The position numbers and the translations under genes were made by a program. The notes beneath the pieces are model-generated. The model ran no database searches, was not told where the DNA came from, and saw nothing but the letters and a program-made list of their open reading frames with translations. From Takakia lepidozioides (lineage: Eukaryota > Plantae > Bryophyta): a DNA stretch of 64,000 nt. The DNA lies in assembly GCA_030704615.1 (NCBI GenBank), contig CM060734.1, positions 16,306,001 to 16,370,000 on the forward strand, read 5' to 3'. Every line of letters begins with the position of its first letter. The stretch's first letter is position 1. Positions 13,401-23,103 of this stretch are shown piece by piece.

Positions 13401-16400
13401 TACCCCTGTTTACCAACTTTGAAAGTCTCGAGGCTGAGCCAAAAGCCCAGGCCCTCCTGAGGCCTAGTTTTTGGGCAAATCACACACAGCAGATTGATGC
13501 TTGTGTGAAGGGATTTCTAGAGGATATCTGGAAAACCCGGATTAATTCTATATATGAAGGTAAGTCTTACTACCAACGTCAGCCCCTGACAGAGGTAGGT
13601 TCTGTCCCTTTTGTTCCCGCTCAAACTGGGCGCGGGGTCAATGGCCACAAGGCTACGGCAAACAACGTCTTATGAGTACAATCTCTATCTTATGACGAGA
13701 GAGATCAACAGAGGGATCAACTCTGAAGTCAACCATGCTTTGCCGCGTTATCAGGTCGGCCTTGGAGTATGCATCTGCTGTATGGGTTGATAACTCCAAT
13801 CAGGCTAAGTCTCTTGAATCCATCCAGGTCGGGGTGCTCAAGGAGTGCATGTCAGCATGCTCCAAAACAGCTAATGTGGCTGTTCGGGGTGGGTTTGGCA
13901 TTCCTCCCTTAAGCTCCCGACGCGATGAATTCAAAATCAGATGGTGGGGTCAGCTGCAACGTATGGCTAATACCAGATATCCTAAGTTAATCGACTCTAT
14001 ATCTTGGAAGCAGGACCGCCCTGTAAAACAGGCTAAATCCTGGCGGAAAAGGGTAGAAGAGATTTTCAAGGATCTGAATCTTAGTCCACTAGCCATGACC
14101 CTGCTGGATAAATCTGGCTTAGAAGCTGAAGTTTCCGAAGCCATGTCTATTGCCAGGAAATTGTCTGAAGAAAATGAAGTTAGGCAGAAAACTTCCCTGA
14201 ACTTGTTTCCAGTCTGTGACATGGGTGAGGCCATCATGGATGACCTCAAGGGTCTACCCACCCTCGGCACTAGACTGAAATTCAAACTCAGGGCGGGTAG
14301 CCTACCTTTGAACAACAAACAGTCGCAGAGAGGAAAGGGGGATTGTACGTGCCCGTTGTGTGGGCAACCTGAAGACAATATTCACTTCCTGATTCATTGT
14401 CCTGGGTACTCTCACCAACGGGACACCCTCTTCAATTCCATCAAGGAAATTGTGCCTGTACCTCTGTTTAACAACTTTGAAAATCTTGAGGTTGAGCCAA
14501 AAGCCCAAGCCCTTTTGGGGGTCTAGCTATTGGGCAAATCACACACATCAGATTGATGCTTGTGTGAAGGGATTTCTGGAGGATATCTGGAAATCTCGGA
14601 TCAACTGTTTATTCCAAGGTAAATCATACTACCGGCGTCAGCCCCTGACAAAGGTAGTTTCTGTCCCTTTATGTTCCGTTCAAACTGGGCGCGGGGTCAA
14701 TGGCCACAAGGCTATGGCAAACAATGTCTTATGAGTACAATCTGTCTTATGAAGTACTCTCACCAGAGAGAAGCTCTCCTCCAATCTATCAAGAGAATTG
14801 TGCCTGTACCTATGTTTACCAACTCAGTCTCGAGGCTGAGCCAAAAGCCCAGGCCCTTCTGAGGCCTAGTTACTGGACAAACCACACACAGCAGATTGAT
14901 GCTTGTGTGAAAGTTTCTAGAGGATATCTGGAAAACCCAAATCAATGTCCCTTATGAAGGTAAGTCTTACTACCGACGTCAGCCCCTGACTGAGGTAGGT
15001 TCTGTCCCTTTATGTTCCGTTCAAACTGGACGCGGGGTCAATGGCCACAAGGCTACAGCAAACAACGTCTTATGAGTACATTCTATCTTATGAAGTGAAT
15101 CCCATTGTGTTCCACTCCAACCGAGAGCGGGGTCCATGGCCGCAAGGCTATGGCAAACAATGTCTTATGAGTACATTTCTCTTTTTTAATCTTATGAAGT
15201 TACATGGGCAAGGACCTTAAGAGGATGATCTGAAGGGCCTACCTACCCTCAGCACTAGGCTGAAATTTAAACTCAGGGCAGCACGCCTACCTTTGAACAA
15301 TAAACAGATGCAGAGAGGATAAAGGTTGTAATTGCCAGATGTGCGGGCAACCTGAAGACAATATGCATTTCTGATACGTTGTCCGGGGTATTCTCACCAG
15401 AGTGCCCCTCTTCAGGAACATCAAGGCCATGGTTCCTGCACCTCTGTTCACCAACTTTCAAAATCTTGAGGCTGAGCCCAAAGCCCTGGCCTGTTGGGGT
15501 CTAACTTTTTGGGTTGCTCACACACAGCAGATTGATGCTTGTGTGAAGGACTTTCTAGAGGAGATCTGGAAAGCCCGAACTAAATACTTATATCAAGCTA
15601 ATTCACAATACTGGAGTGAGCCCTCACACAGGTAGTGCCTACTCCCTGTTTCTGTCCAAACTGGGCACTGGGTCTATGGCCACAAGGCTACGGCAAACGT
15701 CTTATGAGTACATTCTCTCTCTCTCTCTCTCTCTTGATGGTGGCTAAGTTCTTAGTAACACCACTCAAGCATTGCCTAATCCCGTGATTCTGTTGAACTA
15801 GAACAGAACGGGAAAACAGGAGATGGGTTAGGGCTTCCCGAGGTCCTAATCTAAAGTAGCCGACCTATATGGTCAGAAGAGAGGCTGCCCTATGTGGTTA
15901 GAAGCCCTGGCTCTTCTCTCCTCTCTTCACCAACTTTCAAATCTCGAGGCTGAGCCTGAAGCCTCTTGGGATCTGATTGTGTGAGTTCGAGAGGAAATCT
16001 GAAAAGCCCAAATAAATGTTTATATCAAGGTAAGTCCACTGGAGTGAGCCCCTCACAAGGTAGTGTCCGTTCCCTCTTGTTCCACCCAAACTGGGGGGGG
16101 GGTGTCTATGGCCATAAGGTTAAGGCAAACATCTCATGAGTACATTTCCTCTCTCCCTCTCCCAATCCAGGCCACGTTGTGGGCAAGCATCTCACCTCAT
16201 ACACATCAAAGGCAACTTCAACGGGGCCATTAGTGTAAAGCTCTGCCATCAGGTCCTTGTGGTCAGATGAAATTTCATAGACACTGGTTCCTTGATGCTT
16301 CGAATCCAACCAAAACTCATCATTCACACAGGCCTTCACGCACTTAGGGGTGTCATAGGTAGGAGTGCAGCCCGGATGTGCACAACCTATTTGATCAAAA

Positions 16401-19400
16401 TACGGGTCGCACTGCCATCCGCCAAACACTGAGTCAGGGTGTATCCACCACTCATCATCGTATCTGTCAATCTCTTTTATGTAAATGAAAGACCCCATCA
16501 CATTTTTGGAGAAACTCACAACAGAGATCACACATGATCCAACACAGACAGCAAAAGAAGGAACTTGCCCTAGATCAGAGGCTTCTCTAAGAAATCACCA
16601 GCTAAATGTACTCAACAAGCTAAAATGCTGCAACTCATGCAGCTATCAAGAAGATTGGATTACATATATATACACTACACAATATCCACGAGTGAAGTAG
16701 AGGATCTTTCAGACAAATTGTACAGAGCATGTGCCTATTGGTGTGTCTAAGAGTGCTATCAGATTAGGAAAACCTGCAGAGGTAGTTACCCACTGAAGTG
16801 GATTGGTTTCAGATCAGCAACTTCCACTAAAAGTCTAACATACTCCACATCTTTTCCTCTATGTTGTTTACACCTCACACAGTTAAATCCTCCTTCCTCA
16901 TGCTTCTTATCCCACTTCTCTAGTTCCGCCCAAACTGGGTGCGGGGTCCATGGCCACAGGGCTACGGCAAACAACGTCTTATTCCCATTTATCATGGTGA
17001 GCTCTTCCTAGTGACCAGAGGGCGGATTAGTGAAGATAAACCTCCAGACTCTGAAGTTGATCCAGTGAAATCTAAAATGTTGCAATTCACAGAAACAAAG
17101 GACACGTGACTTAGGGAGAGTAGAGGGCTTGGGGAAAGCACCTTGTCAGTGACAACTCCACTGTACTTGAAGTACTGCCAAGCTCTGTACGGGTAACCGC
17201 CCTCGCAGCCATAGCCACACTCAAAGCCACAGCACGCCAGTAGATCATTCTCTGACAGCACCACACTCTACATACAGAAAATTGAAAAGACATTAGAAAA
17301 CATAGTAAACTCATAGGTAAACTCCATGCAAATGTTGTTAGCATTTCTAAATGACAATATGGCTGACTTCTCTTCATTACGATCCTGCAGCACCCTAGCA
17401 AAATCAGTGATTCACATTTATCTGTAGAAAGAAGCAGAAATCGAACCCTAACACAGCATGAGTGAGAACATGGGCCAACTAAAAACCTTACTTCATTGAC
17501 ATGGATGCAGAACCGGTCTGTGAGCGACTCCACAGCCCCAAATGCCCAGCACGAACCACAGTGTCCCTGTCCATTTACCATGTACATGCCTCAGTATGAA
17601 ACTCTTCAAAAGTGATAGGTGTCAGGCCATCCTTCCCTGCTCACCTACCAGTCAATATATCTCTCTCTGCTTCCAAATGTGACACAAAAAAAAAAAAAAA
17701 AACATCAAGCAGTGCAGGGGAAAGAAGTCTGTGGGTTTGAACCAATACATACCTGGTCTATTTGTTTGATGGAACATTGGATAGATCGAGGATACAGGAT
17801 CCCAGAAACACAATGCCACAGATGGAGGTAGTATTAGATATGTCCACACAGACTACCTCCAGTGGAGATGCTTCTACTTGTAGCTTTCAATCAACACCAA
17901 TTGCTGTGAAGCACTACTTAAGAGGCTCTCGGTCACCATATGAGATGTGAGGATTCAGAATAGGTGAAACAACAGCTGGGAAACTAGGCGACACATCCAG
18001 AAAGCAATAGACAGAGATTCTGCTCTGTGAGAGGAAAGAGGGGGAGTACCTAGAATGTCATCAATGCTGGGACAATGAGGCCAGGCTTCCCGTGCATCAA
18101 AGGTCTTGGGAAGCTTCAGAGTCTTATGATCAAAACCAACCCTCATTATAGACGAGTCCAACTCATTGGCAGGTGTCATTATTGTGCCACACATCTGCTT
18201 GAATTGCTTTACCTGCACCCAATAACATTCCCCAGAAGGACATCATTAACACACCCTTCCCCGCCTTCTCTCACTATCTTTCTCGCATACACAACCTACC
18301 ATCAGCAAAATGCTATACACCAGCTCACAAAAGCAACCTCAAACTCTAGATGGACTATACCAAAATGGCTTACACTTACGGTGTGGTCTGCAAACCGCTC
18401 ATTGAAGCCAGCCTTCCAGGTTGCTTGAGGGTGGTTGTTTATCCTGTCCACAAGCAATTGCTGCCATCCAACCCAAAACACAAACTTTACACTAGAGCAT
18501 ATGAAAGCATAGAAAGAGGCAGATTGACGAGAAACATGCCCTCCAGTATGCTGATGTACTCAAGGATCTACTGTTTACATAGCCCAAAAGAGGACACAGG
18601 ACAGAGAGGGAGAAGGGGAGGCCTGGGCCAATGGTAGGGAGACGGACAGATAGACGGAAGTTTCCATCTGAAGCTTGCGAACATGTGGACCAGCAACAAA
18701 GTATCATCCAGAAGTAATGTAAAAAGTGGTCGATTCAGGATGCAAGTATCTGGCATTCAATATAGCAGATTGCAGACAACCAAGTTGTAGCCCAGTGGTA
18801 ATGGGCACCTACCACCTCGGCAGTGGTTGTGGGTTCCATCCACCGATTGGTGTCACAAGGGTGTCCACCTTCCTACTGGAAGGCAGTAGCCTTTCAGGGT
18901 CAAGAGACACCATAATTTACGCTTCCTTCGGGAGGCCTCATATATTATCATTATAGCAGATTGCAAAGTAGACAATTCTCCTTGAACGGCTTCCTCATGA
19001 CCTACCACACCAACCCGAAGGCAGCATGGCAAGACTATCATCCCACAGAGTCCAGGTAAGAATAGTAACCTGGAGTAAGGGCTTCTCATCAACACGAAGG
19101 CCAGCTGTTGCCTGCAGTTAGACAAGCACTGTGATCACTAGTAATCAACCTTGACGTCACAATTGGATGAAGTTAACCAATCAGGACAGGCTCGCATTCA
19201 CCTCTGCTCTTCTATTTTTAGAAAGGTGTGTGCGAAAGAAGCAGTTCTTTGCATGAAAGACCTAACAGATACATTGAGTACCAGGCATGATAGTCCCAAT
19301 TTCCAGCAAAACAGGAGCAGAATAGAAACTCTCCTTCTAAGTATGGTATATGAACAGCTCCGTGAAGCTGAAGATTGTACACAGTTGTCACAAAGATGGG

Positions 19401-20379
19401 AATAGAAACACTTAGAATAAAAAAAAAACAAACTGACCCAGTTTCATCATCAGGAAGAGCCCAACACCTTCCACCAAAGGTAGGTATGTGATCTCCACTG
19501 TCATAACACCTTCAAGTGAAGTACCAGTATACAATTCAGAGGTAAAAGAACATTTATCCACAATAAAGCAGTGGATGTTTGGATCACAGAACTAGAAATC
19601 CAGACAGAAATCTTCCCAGATTTTAGGATCTGGATTGCCGTTCTCTTCATGTCCCGCGTCATGAAGGGAATCTCAAATCCACGGTCTCCATTCACCCGTG
19701 CGAAAGGCTCAATCCTCAAAAACTACTTTGACCCCACTGTTGTTCCCCTACAATAGCATTTAGGGTGTGTTATTAGTTCCCCTGAAACAGTGCGGCATCA
19801 AGGTACATCCTCCTTGCGAATTGCTCAGTAAGGTCAAGTATAAGATACATGGAGAACAAGTCTCAAGTCAGTCGAGGCCAGTACTGTCAGTGATTTCGCA
19901 GACAGGATTTTGTCCAAATCTACTGCAATTTCCTTCAGTACAAAGGAAGGGTGGACTTAGAGGCAGCTGCTCGAAGAGCACTAACACCAAGACGGAAACA
20001 CTTTTATATGCCCGCGAACACAGCTTTGATAGCCACTAAGTACTTTGAAGTCACCAGGGAGGAACCCACATAGATCGGGCGTGTAAAGCCCATACTCTGC
20101 AGACGTGACGGGGCCGGAAGGAGGGGGGGGACAAAGAAGCAGCAGCTGAACATTCATAGAAGTGAACACGAGAGGGGTGCACCGAGCCAGACAAGCGTGC
20201 CCCCACATGGAGAAAGCAACAATGGCGGAAGCAAAGGGAGAGACTTTGCAATACCCCACAGCAAGACACAACATGTGTGAGAGCACCTGAGCTGACAACG
20301 CCAGGCAGAGACACAGAGCCACAAGCAAACAAGATGTGCGCGCCATAGATCCCCCGTGCCTGCTGCTAACACTGCCCAT
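20..20379 (-). CDS. CathB: Cathepsin B-like cysteine protease (papain family C1A), spliced; 3' end lies beyond the left edge of the window
   Basis: Phase-consistent GT-AG exons: 20379-20287 (signal peptide MGSV...LALSAQ), 19111-19070 ([14 protein letters not shown]), 18460-18380 ([27 protein letters not shown]), 18212-18050 (..[21 protein letters not shown]), 17757-17753 (5-nt microexon giving DQ), 17566-17492 ([20 protein letters not shown], catalytic Cys), 17267-17142 ([23 protein letters not shown]), 16411-16196 (CDPYFD...[12 protein letters not shown]), 133-20 ([10 protein letters not shown]...[13 protein letters not shown], catalytic His). No stops in the joined frame. Confidence 0.95.
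470..632. mobile_element. Small rearranged LINE fragments (plus-strand internal piece joined to an inverted 3' end)
   Basis: 470-572 matches the [14 protein letters not shown]-coding part of the LINE. 574-616 is the reverse-complemented LINE terminus. Confidence 0.8.
635..3711 (-). mobile_element. Non-LTR retrotransposon (LINE; APE endonuclease + RT + CCHC), 5'-truncated with internal deletions; clade tentatively RTE/RTEX-like
   Basis: APE motifs [25 protein letters not shown] (3132-3711). RT motifs [43 protein letters not shown](V)D, YLGV. C-terminal [14 protein letters not shown]. Confidence 0.92.
3745..4425 (+). mobile_element. LINE 3' fragment of the same family
   Basis: Encodes KAMSVARK...[13 protein letters not shown]...[13 protein letters not shown], followed by (CT)n. 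Confidence 0.9.
4427..4460 (+). repeat. (CT)n microsatellite at a LINE 3' end
   Basis: About 16 CT units directly after the LINE stop codon. Similar tails occur at 6904-6915 and 15713-15733. Confidence 0.95.
4461..6900 (+). mobile_element. LINE copy with an open 571-aa RT/CCHC frame (5182-6897), 5'-truncated and frameshifted upstream
   Basis: FADD catalytic motif intact; near-identical to the 635-3711 and 12068-13680 copies. Confidence 0.93.
6915..7920. mobile_element. Degenerate LINE 3' fragments (plus 6915-7652, inverted 7665-7920)
   Basis: Same C-terminal peptide ([25 protein letters not shown]) in both orientations, with a local ~36-bp duplication at 7536-7606. Confidence 0.88.
8968..9890 (+). 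mobile_element. LINE 3' fragment
   Basis: Runs from [12 protein letters not shown] to [13 protein letters not shown]. Confidence 0.9.
10526..10620 (+). other. Structured retroposon 3'-end motif (three-way junction + hairpin + CT tail), copy 1
   Basis: GGTGTC/GACACC closing stem, CCTTC/GAAGG and GCCC/GGGT hairpins, then CTTGC-TTCG-GCAGG. Homologous to 18860-18936 and 57334-57417. Confidence 0.6.
12068..13680 (+). mobile_element. LINE copy (RT to 3' end), one frameshift near 12763
   Basis: ORFs 12117-12854 and 12770-13675 reproduce the 5182-6897 protein almost exactly. Confidence 0.93.
13705..16145 (+). mobile_element. Head-to-tail run of five short, more diverged LINE 3' fragments
   Basis: Terminus ...GGCCACAAGGCTA...GTCTTATGAGTAC (with variants) recurs at ~14735, 15075, 15170, 15708 and 16140. 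Confidence 0.88.
16915..16982 (+). mobile_element. ~65-bp LINE 3' terminus in a neighbouring cathepsin B intron
   Basis: gttccgcccaaactgggtgcggggtccatggccacagggctacggcaaacaacgtctta matches the family terminus. Confidence 0.85.
17753..17757 (-). CDS. 5-nt microexon (ACCAG) of cathepsin B encoding the oxyanion-hole Gln
   Basis: Minus strand reads aatag|ACCAG|gtatgt. It bridges the phase-1 end of the upstream exon (CTA G|) to the phase-0 GGA CAC TGT exon and restores [11 protein letters not shown]. Confidence 0.88.
18860..18936 (+). other. Structured retroposon 3'-end motif, copy 2 (cathepsin B intron 2)
   Basis: GGTGTC/GACACC, CCTTCC-TACT-GGAAGG, GCCT-TTCA-GGGT, GCTTCC-TTCG-GGAGGC. Confidence 0.6.
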
Positions 20380-21053
20380 CCCCAACTTCTGTCCTCTCGC
20401 AAGCTGGTTGTTGGTTGTAACGTACTAGAGAACGGGCCGTGTTTGGCCGATGCTGCCCTGTAAGCGGCCTTTTGGGCGAGCCCTATGGCCGCGCACAGGG
20501 CAGAGACGGCCCGTTCACTGGCGTTAAAAGCAGGTGTGGCGTATTCTCGCCACCACCTGGTGCAATATGATTGGGGTTCAATTATCCCATATCGATTGCC
20601 CAGATTCAGGGCCCCTGAGAGGATATAAACGGGGCGAGCCACAATAGTAGGCGGGCGGGTTGATGGCTGCTGGCTGAAGTCACAGATCTGGTGGTTGCGT
20701 AATCGGCCAGCCCTGCCGGATCGGCAGTAGACCCTGGGTGGCCGATTCGGCCTGAGAATTAGTCTCAAAAGTGGCAGAATATGCCATACCTGCTTTTAAC
20801 GTTGTAACCGGACGTTCGAACCAGTGTTGTGCGGGGTAAATCATTTTCCCGGATGGACCTTTTTCATTTTTTCAAATTTTTCATTTTGCTTTAATAATAT
20901 ATATATATATATATTAACTGGGAGCGACAGCCCACAATTCAGGCCCTTGAGGAGTCCAGGTTCTTTTTCATTTTTTTGAAGAATGGGGACTCGGGCCCTT
21001 GAGCTCATATTGAAAAGGAGCCATGGAAAAAATAACAATGTGAAAGGTCCTTA

Positions 21054-21432
21054 GAGCATCTCCACGGTGAGTAGGCCCGTCAAACGTTATATACCCTGTT
21101 TAAGGGGGTGACGGTATTTTTAACAAGGATGGTTTGGTTGGCACTACGATAGCAGACACGGTAGAGATAGCCTCGAGGCAGGCCCGCCGCCCGATCACAA
21201 TTTTGGAGCGTTGGCCGCTGACATTATATCTCTTGACCTCACAAATTTAATGTAGAGTGGTTGGTGGGTCCCTGTATGCTTGGCAAAAGTGCCTGGGATG
21301 CAGATTTGAGGCGGGGCCTGCAGCAATTCTAGCGGGCTGAGGCAACCGTGGAGCAACATGCGCGGCTTTATAGGACCCTGCCACGCTACATTGCCGTTTT
21401 TGGTCAGGTACCGTGACACCGTGGATATGCTC
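21054..21432. mobile_element. Tourist/PIF-Harbinger-type MITE, 379 bp
   Basis: 16-bp TIRs GAGCATCTCCACGGTG / CACCGTGGATATGCTC (one mismatch), flanked by a TTA duplication (21051-21053, 21433-21435). Confidence 0.88.
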
Positions 21433-23103
21433 TTAAGGGGTCATCATAGACTGATGGGGTAATACCTTAACCCTTAAACGCCCATTAGGCCCGTTTTGGG
21501 CCTCTCTTTTTAGTTTTTCGCCTCTGTTTTTCTCAAATTTTAATCAATGGACCTGAAAATTGGACCGTGGGATGTCAGGCACATGGCACGCAGGAATCCA
21601 TTGCGCGATGAATCAGATTTTTTGATTAGGGTTTGGTTTTTTGGCACCGTTTCGGTTTTCGTGCTGGAAGTGCAGATCCCTGCGTGTTTTGCCTTCTCTC
21701 ACGTTGTGTATGTCGTGTTGTTCGCATATCTTCTGTATGATGCATGTGTCTTTGTGTTTGCAGGTTGCTGTTAGGGAGTGACGATTCAGTGAAGTATAGG
21801 TGCATCTAAGTTCTAACAGCAAACCAGCTTCTGAGCTTGCTACAAAACATTGCAAGATCTAGAGTGAGGAGTCATAGGTACTTGGGAGCTGGAAGCTGTG
21901 AAGCCGGCGCGTGCATTCAATTATTGCGCAGTGGAGGAGACAAGGGGAATCGCTGCATTTACAGATCGCAGGGGGGCTTACGGCACGCACATCTTGCTAT
22001 TACTGTGTCTGGTTGCATAAGTAACATAGGCTCCAGCACCAAGCCTCCCCCGGCACCTTAGCACTTGGTTGTGCAAGCACAAATAATTGCGAGTTGGGCA
22101 CGATCGTTGGGGGCTTCCAACGAGCAAGTAGAAAAGATAGTAGGATGCATGAATGAGGATAGCTACTTGCTTTGCTTGAAAAGACCCGCTCGCGTGCGTT
22201 CACTGAGCTTCAACGAGCTGCACAAGGCCCTACGGTAGGATATAGGTCGAACTGCTTGACATTCCACATTCGGCAGCGTAGCTACGGCGTGAGCCCAGCC
22301 CCGTGAGCTTGGGAGCTGAGCTTACGTTGTAGCTGCAAATCGTGAGCGGCACAAATCTGCTGGTGGATGAATGAGGGATGGATAAGAGTAAAATGGATGA
22401 ATGTATAATGGATGTTGAGCAATGACAAAAATTCATGACAGGAAGATGCATGACCAAATCTTTTGACGAATGCACAACGTATATGAAATGAGTGTGGAAG
22501 GTTTGTGGGGTGGATTAAAGAGTACAGAGGATGAATGTACAATGGATGTTGTACAAAGGAAAAAATTCATGAATGGAGCACGCATGAATACAGTGTAGAT
22601 GAATGCACAATGGATATGAGAAGAGTCAGGGAGGTTTGTGAGATGGATTCATACATATTGCAATTTAAATGAAAGTTGATTCTGTGATTATTATTTGTTC
22701 TAAAGGAGCGGTGGAGGAAGGGGATTCAACGTTTTCCAGATAATATGAAAATGAATATTAAAAGAATACAGTTCAGTCTGACTCAGAGTCAGTACAATGT
22801 ATCCCCGCTTCTTCTGCATCTAAGTCTAAGTATTTTAGAACACCGGATCCACGCTGGATACACCTACGGCTGGCCACTAAAAAGTCAGGGGATATGGACT
22901 CGGCCGCGTGAAGTGCCATTGCTTCGGCATAAACAGGGAGCAGAAAATTGGAAAGGGGGCTGTCGAAAACAGGCTCGCCAGAAATGACTGTATCTCCTGA
23001 AGATCCACCGCTGCCTTTCCTGAAAGACAGCCTGAAAAAAGTTATTACTGTAACTTTGATGTTATCGAGAAATTGAGTATGACTCCCAAAGAGGGTTTAG
23101 CAC

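Noticed and set aside
1019-14508. Many recurring antisense or alternate-frame ORFs (e.g. [26 protein letters not shown])
   Set aside because: They are shadows of the repeated LINE sequence.
11185-15890. Similar ~100-bp segments at 11185-11285 and 15797-15890
   Set aside because: Probably fragments of another dispersed repeat, but too short and diverged to classify.
20154-20768. 204-aa minus-strand ORF over the cathepsin B 5' region
   Set aside because: GC-rich promoter/UTR sequence with no recognisable domain, overlapping exon 1 in another frame.
20822-21852. Possible hAT element (CAGTGTT... / ...AACATTG)
   Set aside because: The terminal match is weak and there is no 8-bp TSD.
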